From contig JANXDI010000017.1 of NCBI GenBank assembly GCA_025059595.1, positions 122,709-154,708 on the forward strand: 32,000 nucleotides of DNA. Reading direction: 5' to 3'. The notes beneath the pieces were generated by a model, which saw only the letters and a list, made by a program, of their open reading frames with translations, searched no databases and had not been told where the DNA came from. A program made the position numbers and the translations under genes. Below, piece by piece: positions 1-11,571 of the stretch. Every line of letters begins with the position of its first letter. Position 1 is the first letter of the stretch. The DNA comes from Candidatus Calditenuaceae archaeon. Its GTDB lineage: Archaea > Thermoproteota > Nitrososphaeria_A > Caldarchaeales > Calditenuaceae.

Positions 1-96
1 TTCCGCGCCTTGGAAGAGGCGGGCTGGACCGTGACCGGTGAGAGAAAGGTTATGCTCGGCTCGATAGCAGGCTACATAATCTCAGCGACGAGCTAG
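1..96 (+). CDS. 3' end of a CDS cut by the window edge; product unknown
   Basis: The frame is open from base 1 and reads FRALEEAGWTVTGERKVMLGSIAGYIISATS, then TAG at 94-96. It is convergent with rps2 and overlaps it by 4 nt. Thirty-one residues are too few to assign a family. Confidence 0.25.
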   Translation, partial: FRALEEAGWTVTGERKVMLGSIAGYIISATS

Positions 97-737
97 ACCA
101 GTTGCTGATACTCCTCACCGGCAACAGGCTGGGCCGTGAACTGCTCGATAGTCAGGGAGGAGAGGAGCTCGGGCGTGGCCTCACCCCTCTCAATCAGATA
201 TCTCCGCGCAAGATACCAGAAGGCGAATGGGAGAGAGGTCCGTCCCCTATTGTTCATCGGTATGATTAGGTCTACGTCTTTGCAGACGTTGTCCGTGCTA
301 CACATCGCTATCACCGGCTTCCTCGCGATGGAGGCCTCCACAACAGCTTGGAGGTCGTAGCGCGGGTCTGAAACTAAGACAACCTCCGGCTCAACATAGT
401 ATTTCAGCGTCCTGTTAGTTAGTATCCCGGCGGGAATCTTCCCGGCGACAGGCATGCATCCCGTGACCTCGCAGAATCTCTGGACAGCCCTAATGCCATA
501 GACATGGGTTGAGACTACGAGTATCTTGGAGGGCTCGAATAGTGCCATGAATCGGGCGGCAGTGTTAAGGCGCTCGAGAATCTTCTTGGCCTCGAAGAGA
601 TAGACTCCGTCTGGCCTCATCCTGTAGATGAAGCGCTCCATGTGAGCGACCTTGACCTTCGCACCGATGTGGACGCCACTTTTAACTAGGAGCTCTTGAA
701 GCTCAACGTCGGGTGAGAGGTAGTCTCTAGACTCCAA
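93..737 (-). CDS. rps2: 30S ribosomal protein S2 (uS2), archaeal type
   Basis: The 214-aa ORF has a TTG start. Its pattern GVHIGAK...MERFIY..RPDGVYLF......ILVVS...PAGILTN is typical of archaeal/eukaryal S2. It lies in the conserved rpoN-eno-rps2 neighbourhood. Confidence 0.9.
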   Translation of the reverse strand: MESRDYLSPDVELQELLVKSGVHIGAKVKVAHMERFIYRMRPDGVYLFEAKKILERLNTAARFMALFEPSKILVVSTHVYGIRAVQRFCEVTGCMPVAGKIPAGILTNRTLKYYVEPEVVLVSDPRYDLQAVVEASIARKPVIAMCSTDNVCKDVDLIIPMNNRGRTSLPFAFWYLARRYLIERGEATPELLSSLTIEQFTAQPVAGEEYQQLV

Positions 738-833
738 GAACCATCACCGGACTATCCATTTCTCAGCCTACCTCTGTCCAGGATAAAGCTGAGTGGTGTA
801 TTCATATACCTTACATGGCCTCTTCCTTTCAGT

Positions 834-2081
834 CTAAGAAATTCTCCTAACTCTGGAGCCCCCAATCTTCTCTCCAATCCTCAGCAACTCGTTTGCCTTC
901 GCAATCCTCTCTCCGCCGAGCACGCCCGACTTGATTAGCCTGCAGCCCATTCCGACGGCGATGTGTGAGAGATATGCGTCTGTCGTCTCGCCCGACCTGT
1001 GCGAGGCCGCTGGAACTGCTCCACCCCTCAGACAAGCGTCCACAGCCAGCCAAGTCAGGTATAGGCTTCCGACTTGGTTCGGCTTGATTATTGCAGCATT
1101 TATCGCGCCCCGCCGCAGGCAGTCCTCTATCAATTCGCGGCGCGTTACCACCAGGTCGTCTCCACAGACCAGCGTCTTCGGAACCTGCTTTCTCAGAGCG
1201 GCGAACGCTTCTGGGTCGTCCTCGATGAACGGGTCCTCTAAGTAGACTAGGCTTGCCTTGTCAGCAAGCTCGGCTATATAGCTTAGAAATCCTTCGCGGT
1301 CGAGGTAGAGGCCCTGGCTCTTCAGCACGTATCGCTTGGAGGACTCGTCGTAGATACTTCCAGCCGCCACGTCAAGGCCGACACCAATCTTCACACCCAT
1401 CGCGTCCCCGACGCTCTGAGCAGCCTCCACGACAGCGTCGAGCGCCGCCTCCACGGAGATTGGAGGCGCGTATCCACCCTCGTCGCCCTTCCCGAGTGGG
1501 AAGCCGCTGACCTTCTTGGAGAGTATTTTTCCGAGCGTCCTGTGGACGCGGATGTTTGCCTCAACGGCCTCGGAGACTGTCCTCGGATTGAGGGGGAGGG
1601 CCAGATACTCCTGTATCTCCGGTGCGCCCTCGCCCGCGTGTTTTCCTCCACCCAAAACGTTGCCGAGGGGTAGTGGAAGGCCCGGCTCCTGCTTGGTCTC
1701 TTGGGCTATGAGGCTGTAGAGTGGCTCGCCCCGATGAGCGGAGTATGCGGAGAGGAGAGCGACTGAGACTGCGAGGGCCGTGTTTCCGCCTATGCTCGAG
1801 AAGTTGGGCGTCCCATCAATCTCCATGAGCATCTGGTCAAGTTTCGTGAAGCCAGGATACTCTTGCCCGATTAGCTTGGGCGCGACCCTCTCCTTCAAAA
1901 TCTTGACAGCCTCCTCCGGCCCACCCGGCGGGTAGGGCTCCACCTCCCTCTTACCCCTACTCTTACCTGCCGGGGCCGCGGCGCGGCCTACCGCTCCTTC
2001 AACAGCCGCTTCGACCTCAATCGTCTTATCGCCGCGCGAGTCGAAGACCACCCGGCCAGAAAGCGCAGTTATTCGAGCCAA
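834..2081 (-). CDS. eno: Enolase (phosphopyruvate hydratase)
   Basis: The 415-aa ORF starts at TTG, directly abutting the rpoN stop. The N-terminus ...VFDSRGDKTIEVE..., the IKPNQVGSL segment and the SHRSGETTD motif are all enolase hallmarks. Confidence 0.93.
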   Translation of the reverse strand: MARITALSGRVVFDSRGDKTIEVEAAVEGAVGRAAAPAGKSRGKREVEPYPPGGPEEAVKILKERVAPKLIGQEYPGFTKLDQMLMEIDGTPNFSSIGGNTALAVSVALLSAYSAHRGEPLYSLIAQETKQEPGLPLPLGNVLGGGKHAGEGAPEIQEYLALPLNPRTVSEAVEANIRVHRTLGKILSKKVSGFPLGKGDEGGYAPPISVEAALDAVVEAAQSVGDAMGVKIGVGLDVAAGSIYDESSKRYVLKSQGLYLDREGFLSYIAELADKASLVYLEDPFIEDDPEAFAALRKQVPKTLVCGDDLVVTRRELIEDCLRRGAINAAIIKPNQVGSLYLTWLAVDACLRGGAVPAASHRSGETTDAYLSHIAVGMGCRLIKSGVLGGERIAKANELLRIGEKIGGSRVRRIS

Positions 2082-2297
2082 CTATTCTCCCCTCCCGCTA
2101 GACGCGACTGAAAACTCTAAGAAACTGTCGATTACCTCTACGTGTGAGAGGAACATTCTTCTACAGCAGTATCGCTTGACTCCAAGCGAGTCGAGGGCAT
2201 CCGCGGGGCTTGTGCCTGACTTCACAAGCTTGTTATATTTCTCCCATAGATGACCTATTGGCGCTCCGCAACTAAAACACCTGATGGGGAACAGCAT
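2082..2297 (-). CDS. rpoN: DNA-directed RNA polymerase subunit N (Rpo10/Rpb10 homologue)
   Basis: The 71-aa ORF reads MLFPIRCFSCGAPIG...RYCCRRMFLSHV. This is the zinc-bundle CxxC...CC signature of Rpb10/RpoN. Confidence 0.9.
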   Translation of the reverse strand: MLFPIRCFSCGAPIGHLWEKYNKLVKSGTSPADALDSLGVKRYCCRRMFLSHVEVIDSFLEFSVASSGRGE

Positions 2298-2387
2298 CTC
2301 GCCGTATCATTATAGGAGGCAGGATAAAAATTAGGGCCTCCACATCCTCGCTCCAACTTTATATGGGCGGGTGACTTAATTTCTTGG

Positions 2388-3200
2388 ATGGCCGCCAATC
2401 GAGTTTCAACGGGAATTCCGACGCTGGACCGAATCACAGGCGGTGGGCTGATACCCGGCAAGACCTACCTCGTCACGGGGGAGACGGGCGTCGGGAAGAC
2501 CATCCTCTCCCTCCACTTTCTGATGGATGGGTTGAGGAGGGGTGAGAAGGTCTCATACGTCTCGCTTGACGAGCGGATTAACGGTGTGCTTGACGGCGCC
2601 CTGACCCTCGGCTGGGACTTCTGGACATATTACAGGGAGGGCCGGTTCTTTCCGTTTGAAATCCGCATCTACTCTGAGGACCTTGGAAGATATAGGAAGG
2701 ACAGCCGGGCCTATGTTGACACGATAGTTAAGATGACGCGGGGTGGTGAGGTCTCGCGGATAGTCCTTGACCCCATCTCGGCCATGGCTTTTGGCGCCGC
2801 TGACGAGTATGCCGTCCGGGAATACATCCGCGAAATCATAACCTATCTCGAGGAGAAGATAGGCGCGACCACGATGCTGACCTGCGACATACCCTCCGGC
2901 TCAACCCAGCTCAGCAGGTTTGGGTATGAGGAGTATCTCTCCTCGGGCGTGGTTGTTCTCGGGCTGGTGAATCTTGATGGCCGATTGGTGAGGACGCTGC
3001 TGGTGAGGAAGATGAGGTGGTCTCCGGCAGACCACTCAATCTATACCTTCGAGATAGTTAAGGGGAGGGGAATTATCATCGGGCCCACGCTGAAGGCCGT
3101 AATGCAGAGGCAGCTGGGCTCCGCTCAGACGGTCTCCTCAGCCTTTAGGGGTCAGGGAGAGTCTCCAGCGGGAAGCACAAGCGAGTCTTCGCCGATATAG
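2388..3200 (+). CDS. KaiC/RadA-paralogue (RecA-superfamily) single-domain ATPase
   Basis: Motifs seen are STGIPTLDRITGGGL, a Walker A GETGVGKT and a Walker-B-like IVLDPIS. A TATA-like CTTTATAT lies about 25 nt upstream of the ATG. The low-complexity C-terminal tail overlaps the next gene. Confidence 0.75.
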   Translation: MAANRVSTGIPTLDRITGGGLIPGKTYLVTGETGVGKTILSLHFLMDGLRRGEKVSYVSLDERINGVLDGALTLGWDFWTYYREGRFFPFEIRIYSEDLGRYRKDSRAYVDTIVKMTRGGEVSRIVLDPISAMAFGAADEYAVREYIREIITYLEEKIGATTMLTCDIPSGSTQLSRFGYEEYLSSGVVVLGLVNLDGRLVRTLLVRKMRWSPADHSIYTFEIVKGRGIIIGPTLKAVMQRQLGSAQTVSSAFRGQGESPAGSTSESSPI

Positions 3201-4477
3201 ACTTCACGCTCGCCCCATGGATTGCTCACTACTCTGACGAAGAGTAGAGAGACTTTCTCGCCCTCACCGAGACCCTTGACCATCTTCACACCCTCTCCCC
3301 AAGCCTTGCAGTAAATAGAGGCGGAACCATCTCGGAGCCAGAAGCTCACGAAGTCCGCCTCGCCCCTCTTAGTCCCTATACGCGTCGCCGGAGAGACGGA
3401 GGCAAGCTCCCCCTTCACGCAGGCATCAACCATGCCCACCCTCAGGTCGCCTATCTTCATGAACTTGGGTCGAATCTCCGCCTCACCCTCCAGAGGCTCA
3501 TACTCAAGCGGCATAAGGGCCCAGCTCCTCCCGACTCTAGCGTATCGAAGCCTCTTCACAGATATCAGCTGCCCCGGCTTCAGCTCCTCTGAGTAGACCC
3601 TCTCTAAGCCCATATTCGTGAAGCATAGAAACACGGCGGACTGGTTGAGGCCGCGCTCAACCTTGACGAGGAGAGGCTCCCTGTCCTCTTCTCCTGCGAG
3701 CTGTATGCTGGTTCGAGAAGTTGTGGAGAGTGTGCCTCCAGCAGACCACCTCGCACCTGCCACATATGCCACCCTCCCCACCGAAGCCTCGTCGACAACA
3801 CTAACCTGCTCTCGCCAGAGACTCAGCTCAGCCTTAACCCCCCGCCATCCCAGTAGAACATCCCTAACACCCACAGCCTCACCCTTAACTGAGACGCTCC
3901 TCTCGTCGGCGAGTCCCAAGAGCAAGGCCTTGAAGTCTATGATGCCCCGGGCCTCGAGGACGTCAGGCAGGTCCCGGAAAAAACTCTCAAAAGGCGGCAG
4001 GCCAGGCCCGGCCTCGGAGAACTCGGCCTGCTCTCCGAGATGAACCTCGACTGAGCCGTCGGCCCGCTCCCGAGTATAGGCACCCTTCACGTAGAGGGCG
4101 CCTCCAACAGAGACCTTAAGCTCCTCAAGCCTGCTCACGGCACCGCCCCACGCAACGGCGTCAACGACACCCGTGGCGTCCCCCAGCCTGAGATAGATGG
4201 TCGGAGGCTCACGCCTGGCCTTGACCAGCCCTATGACTCGAGCCTCGATGTTCACAGACCCAAGACCACCCACCAGCTTGGCGAGAGGAACCGAGGAGAG
4301 GCCCTTCTCAAGCCTCTCAAACACTCCGAGCTCACCGGCCACAACGTATAGCGCGCCAAGCCGCGTAAGCCTCGGGTCCTCCATCATCCTCCTCTCAACC
4401 TCGCCCTCAATCTCCTCCCGCCTCTCCTCACCGACAAGCCTCAAGACACGCCTCAGAAGCTCCTCGTAGTCACGCAT
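3152..4477 (-). CDS. RPA-like ssDNA-binding protein with about three OB folds (tentative)
   Basis: The 441-aa ORF has repeated segments of the pattern I.DL..G..V...G.V.......G....L.D.TG.I....WG. Examples are IGDLRVGMVDACVKGEL...FWLRDGSASIYCKAWGEG and VNIEARVIGLV...LRLGDATGVVDAVAWGG. No zinc ribbon was seen. Confidence 0.55.
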   Translation of the reverse strand: MRDYEELLRRVLRLVGEERREEIEGEVERRMMEDPRLTRLGALYVVAGELGVFERLEKGLSSVPLAKLVGGLGSVNIEARVIGLVKARREPPTIYLRLGDATGVVDAVAWGGAVSRLEELKVSVGGALYVKGAYTRERADGSVEVHLGEQAEFSEAGPGLPPFESFFRDLPDVLEARGIIDFKALLLGLADERSVSVKGEAVGVRDVLLGWRGVKAELSLWREQVSVVDEASVGRVAYVAGARWSAGGTLSTTSRTSIQLAGEEDREPLLVKVERGLNQSAVFLCFTNMGLERVYSEELKPGQLISVKRLRYARVGRSWALMPLEYEPLEGEAEIRPKFMKIGDLRVGMVDACVKGELASVSPATRIGTKRGEADFVSFWLRDGSASIYCKAWGEGVKMVKGLGEGEKVSLLFVRVVSNPWGEREVYIGEDSLVLPAGDSP

Positions 4478-4627
4478 TCAGAAGAACACCTCTAGGGCTC
4501 CGCAATTAAACCATTGAATAGGGTCGAATCCCGTAAAGCCTCTCACGACACCTAATATAGGTTTTCCGAACTAAAAAGGATGCGAACATCCAAAAACATA
4601 TAAAATCAAGGTAAATCAAAAAGACTC

Positions 4628-5038
4628 GTGGCGACAAAGACTAGACCAGTCGGCATTACGATTCTAGCGGTTCTCGAGATAATTGGCGGGATAATCGGCT
4701 TGTTGGGTGCTGCGGTCTTCCTCGCATTCGGCGCCCTGGCTGGTGTTGTTGCTGGAGAGGGGCTGGGACCTCTGGGCGGCCTCTTCGCCGCGCTTGGCGG
4801 CATAGTCGGCGGCCTGCTCTTGGTCTTGGCGCTCGTGAGCTTCCTACTGGCGTATGGTTTCTGGACGGGGAAGGGGTGGGCCTGGATTCTCGGAATAATA
4901 TTCTCGATAATTGGAATTGTGGTGGGTGTCGTGACGATTTTCGGCGACCTGAGCGGCATCGTGAGCATAGTAATCAACGGGCTGATTCTCTTCTACCTCT
5001 TCAGGCCCAACGTAAAGGCTTGGTTCGGTAAAGCATAG
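4628..5038 (+). CDS. Small integral membrane protein (about 4 TM segments), function unknown
   Basis: The 136-aa ORF has a GTG start and is Gly/Leu/Ile-rich with hydrophobic runs throughout. An A+T-rich TATA-like ACATATAAAA lies upstream. Confidence 0.5.
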   Translation: MATKTRPVGITILAVLEIIGGIIGLLGAAVFLAFGALAGVVAGEGLGPLGGLFAALGGIVGGLLLVLALVSFLLAYGFWTGKGWAWILGIIFSIIGIVVGVVTIFGDLSGIVSIVINGLILFYLFRPNVKAWFGKA

Positions 5039-5094
5039 CGCACCCACTCAACCATATTATTTGTGCATAGACTCAGATACTCGCTCTATGCGTC

Positions 5095-8523
<3,429 letters not shown>

Positions 8524-8613
8524 GCTTGAGTTTACCTGTGGTGCGTGTATTTTAAACTAGGCTGTTTTGAAGTGGGGCTTTCAAGGTGTAAAACCTTTGT
8601 TTAAGTTTTGAAA

Positions 8614-8624
8614 GTTAAATATAA
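8614..8624 (+). promoter_or_regulatory. TATA-like box upstream of phnD-like gene
   Basis: GTTAAATATAA is centred about 28 nt upstream of the ATG at 8647, which fits a leaderless or short-leader archaeal promoter. It is flanked by the inverted repeat CTTTCAA (8578-8584) / TTGAAAG (8608-8614). Confidence 0.35.
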
Positions 8625-8646
8625 CGGCGTTATATAATGAGCACGA

Positions 8647-9582
8647 ATGACCCGTAAATACGTAATTGCAGCGTCAGTCACCGTAATCGTGGCGGCCCTC
8701 GCAGCAATCATCTACCTCCAAGCCCTAACACAGCAACCGGCCCCCTCAAAGATTATCATAGCGATACAGCCGACACAGAACCCCCTCGATATCGCCGAGT
8801 CCTCCAAGGGCCTGAAGAATTTTCTGGAGAAGAGGCTGGGCATTCCCGTTGAGGTCTATGTACCGACCGACTACGCGGGCGTCATAGAGGGTCTCAGGTT
8901 TAGGAATGTCCACGTGGCCTTGATGGGCTCGTGGCCATCGTATCTAGCCATCAGGAACGCGGGTGCTGAGCTGCTGCTGGCTGAGGTTCGGACGGTCGCC
9001 GTAGGTGAGGAGAAGGTCAACGCGACATACTACTACTCCTACTGGATAGTCCTGAAGGACAGCCCCTACGGCTCACTTAGCGAGTTGAGGGGGAGGCGCG
9101 CCTGCTTCCCCAGCCCAATATCATCATCAGGCTACCTAGCCCCGATGGCTAGGATGGTTGAGCTCGGCCTCCTAAGCCGCAGAGAAGGCGGCCAAGTTAA
9201 TCCAAGCGAGTTCTTCGGCGAGGTAATCTTCGCCGGAGGCTACGGCCAGTGCTGGGAGGCACTCAGGGCCGGTCAAGTGGACGTGACGGTGATGGCCGGC
9301 GACGTCTCCTACGAACTCTATACGAGGGCCATGAATACGTCAAAAGTCTTGGAGGCTCAGGGGCCTCTACCATCACATGGCGTGGTAGTCACCTCTGACC
9401 TCCCCGAGGACCTGAAGCAGAAGCTCAGAGAAGCATTCATAGAGCTCTCGAAACCAGAGTATAGGGACTTGATGAAGAGGATGGTCTCCGCCCTATTCGT
9501 GGGCTTCGAGCCCAAAACAGCTAAGGAGCATCTAGGCTCCCTCGAGAAATACATCGAGGCGACGGGGTTACAGTATAATTGA
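8647..9582 (+). CDS. phnD: Phosphonate/phosphite-type ABC transporter substrate-binding protein (PhnD/PtxB family)
   Basis: The 311-aa ORF has an N-terminal anchor helix. The segment IIIAIQPTQNP......L.K.LGIPVEVYVPTDYAGVIEGLRFRNVHVALMG is typical of the PhnD family. It is followed by phnC- and phnE-like genes. Confidence 0.78.
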   Translation: MTRKYVIAASVTVIVAALAAIIYLQALTQQPAPSKIIIAIQPTQNPLDIAESSKGLKNFLEKRLGIPVEVYVPTDYAGVIEGLRFRNVHVALMGSWPSYLAIRNAGAELLLAEVRTVAVGEEKVNATYYYSYWIVLKDSPYGSLSELRGRRACFPSPISSSGYLAPMARMVELGLLSRREGGQVNPSEFFGEVIFAGGYGQCWEALRAGQVDVTVMAGDVSYELYTRAMNTSKVLEAQGPLPSHGVVVTSDLPEDLKQKLREAFIELSKPEYRDLMKRMVSALFVGFEPKTAKEHLGSLEKYIEATGLQYN

Positions 9583-10325
9583 CCGCGCTCCTAGAGGCGA
9601 GGGATATCTGGTTCACCTACGACTCCAGAAACTATACTCTCCGAGGCGTCTCTATGGAGATTCAGGCTGGCAAGATATACATGGTCTTCGGGAGGAGTGG
9701 CGCGGGAAAGACCACCCTCCTGAAGATACTCAAAGGCATCCTCAAACCATTGAAAGGATTAGTGCTATTCAAGGGCCAGCCCACAACCTCGAGCGAGACC
9801 GCCAAAATGGCGTACAGCTCAATCGGCTACATTCCGCAGGGATTCGGAATAGTCTCCAACATCTCCGTCATAGACAACGTCCTAGTCGGAGCACTCTCGC
9901 GCGTACCTCTGCTCCACTCTCTTCTGGGACAGTTTCCGAGGGAGGAGTTAGAGAGGGCTGAAGAGGTTTTGGAGATAATGGGGCTGAGCCCTCTCAAGAG
10001 CCAAAAAGTCTCCCAGCTCAGCGGAGGCCAGAGGCAGCGCGTCGCAGTAGCGAGGGCCATGATGCAGAAGCCCCTCGTCATCTTGGCCGACGAATTCGTA
10101 AGCCAGCTCGACCCACTCACAGCCACAGAAGTCTTAGACGTCTTCCGTAGCCTAGCCGACCAGAGAAAGATAGCCATAGTAATCACTAGCCACGACGTAC
10201 ACCTAGCCTCCAAGTACGCCGACCAAGTGCTAGTTCTTAGGAATGGGGAGTTCCGACTGAAGATGAATGGAGGCAGCTTCTCAGAGTCAGACCTAATCAC
10301 CGCTATGAAAGATGAAACACCCTAG
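9579..10325 (+). CDS. phnC: ABC transporter ATP-binding protein (PhnC-like)
   Basis: Motifs are Walker A GRSGAGKTT, ABC signature LSGGQRQRVAVARA and Walker B LILADEF. Its TTG start overlaps the phnD stop as TTGA. Confidence 0.85.
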   Translation: MTALLEARDIWFTYDSRNYTLRGVSMEIQAGKIYMVFGRSGAGKTTLLKILKGILKPLKGLVLFKGQPTTSSETAKMAYSSIGYIPQGFGIVSNISVIDNVLVGALSRVPLLHSLLGQFPREELERAEEVLEIMGLSPLKSQKVSQLSGGQRQRVAVARAMMQKPLVILADEFVSQLDPLTATEVLDVFRSLADQRKIAIVITSHDVHLASKYADQVLVLRNGEFRLKMNGGSFSESDLITAMKDETP

Positions 10326-10433
10326 AGGCAGAACCACTATGAGACGCGAACTCAAGAAGGTTGAGCATCATTCAATACTCACTAAGGTCAACCCCTCTTT
10401 ACGATATGGGGTGAATCTCCTCTGAGAATCAAG

Positions 10434-11171
10434 ATGAAACTGAGAATAGTAATACTAGTCCTCTTCGTCCTCTCGCTCTGGCAAGTCGGATTCTTCGACC
10501 CAAGCCGCATCGCGAAGGTTCAGAACATAGGCCCCTTCCTTGCCGAGATGCTGCCACCAGACCTCACAATCATGCCGCTCATCCTCACATCAATCTACGA
10601 GAGCATAGTCATGGCCTTCGCAGGAACACTTATGGGCAGCGCATTAGCCCTAATCCTCGCCGTCTTCAGCTCAAGACTCCTCGCGCCCACGCCTGTTAAA
10701 GCAGTATTCCGCACAATATTGGCCCTCATCAGGACAATACCCGCGATACTCTGGGCACTCTTTTTCGTGGTCGTTGCAGGATTCGGTCCATTCGCAGGCG
10801 TCTTAGCCCTCACTTTCTACACGACAGGCTACCTCGGAAAACTCTTCTACGAAGCCTTCGACTCAGTAAGCAGCGAAGTCCTCGAAGCAGTGAGGGGTGT
10901 GGGAGCCTCGCGGCTACAGCAACTCAGATACGCAATCCTACCAGAATCCGCCAACTACATCCTCAGCCAGCTACTATTCATCTTCGAATACAACGTCAGG
11001 GCCTCAAGCATCGTTGGCCTAGTTGGAGCCGGCGGAGTCGGATACCTCATCCTAGCACTGACCCACTCCCTAAGATACAGCAGCCTACTAACCACAATCC
11101 TAGTCCTACTAGCGTTCGTACTCGCCATAGACCTCGCCAGCTCAAAAATCAGGGCAAAATACTTCACATAA
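10434..11171 (+). CDS. phnE: ABC transporter permease (PhnE-like)
   Basis: The 245-aa ORF is polytopic and has the EAA-loop-like EAVRGVGASRLQQLRYAILPE typical of PhnE permeases. Confidence 0.8.
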   Translation: MKLRIVILVLFVLSLWQVGFFDPSRIAKVQNIGPFLAEMLPPDLTIMPLILTSIYESIVMAFAGTLMGSALALILAVFSSRLLAPTPVKAVFRTILALIRTIPAILWALFFVVVAGFGPFAGVLALTFYTTGYLGKLFYEAFDSVSSEVLEAVRGVGASRLQQLRYAILPESANYILSQLLFIFEYNVRASSIVGLVGAGGVGYLILALTHSLRYSSLLTTILVLLAFVLAIDLASSKIRAKYFT

Positions 11172-11200
11172 AGAACCACTAGACTCTGGCGGTGCTTTAA

Positions 11201-11239
11201 GCGAAAACCAAAACCGGCCCCCACGAAAAATTGGACCGG
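11201..11239 (-). terminator. Hairpin plus oligo-T tracts downstream of the orphan tRNA 3' half
   Basis: The minus strand reads CCGGTCC-AATTTTTCGTG-GGGGCCGG-TTTTGGTTTTCGC. This gives a 7-bp stem (one G-U) and three T-runs, as expected for a native archaeal tRNA terminator. Confidence 0.35.
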
Positions 11240-11266
11240 GCGGGATTCGAACCCGCGGCCTTCCAC
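11232..11266 (-). pseudogene. Orphan tRNA 3' half (positions about 39-73, Ala-type acceptor strand); probable displaced att-site remnant
   Basis: The minus strand reads GTGGA-AGGCC-GCGGG-TTCGAAT-CCCGC-CCGGTCC-A. This is a self-consistent T arm plus an acceptor 3' strand identical to that of tRNA-Ala at 13207-13311, including U70. There is no D arm or 5' half upstream. Confidence 0.6.
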
Positions 11267-11538
11267 GGATCTAGCTTACGAGTCCTCTAGGCTGAAGAGG
11301 TTTAGGAGACATTTAGTTACAACAAGAAGATTGTTACTTAGTTTCCACACTAGCGGTGTAGTAGAAATAACGCAAGACTAAGACACTTGAAGAAAATAAT
11401 CTAAAAAATTCTTAATGTTTTTTGTGGATGCCGTCAAAACTACGGTTTAACGCGTGTGAGATACTGGCCTCGCTTCTACAATTTGGCAGTTTTTGAGCCC
11501 AGCCACTCACCAAGTTTGTTGCGACTACTGCGTAAAGC

Positions 11539-11550
11539 AAATATATATTA
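11539..11550 (+). promoter_or_regulatory. TATA-like box upstream of the island ORF
   Basis: AAATATATATTA is centred about 27 nt upstream of the TTG at 11572. This is compatible with a leaderless transcript. Confidence 0.35.
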
Positions 11551-11571
11551 GCATTCTCTTTTAAAATCTGA

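Noticed and set aside
11201-11345. The orphan tRNA 3' half read as a split-tRNA or permuted-tRNA gene. GGGCCGG occurs 11 nt downstream of it, and the fragment begins at the exon 2 boundary.
   Set aside because: - After the downstream GGGCCGG there is no D arm at the right spacing and no TCCAC anticodon-stem strand.
- Upstream of the fragment there is no leader able to form a bulge-helix-bulge with a partner.
- The oligo-T runs favour a terminator.
- The att-remnant explanation covers all the observations.
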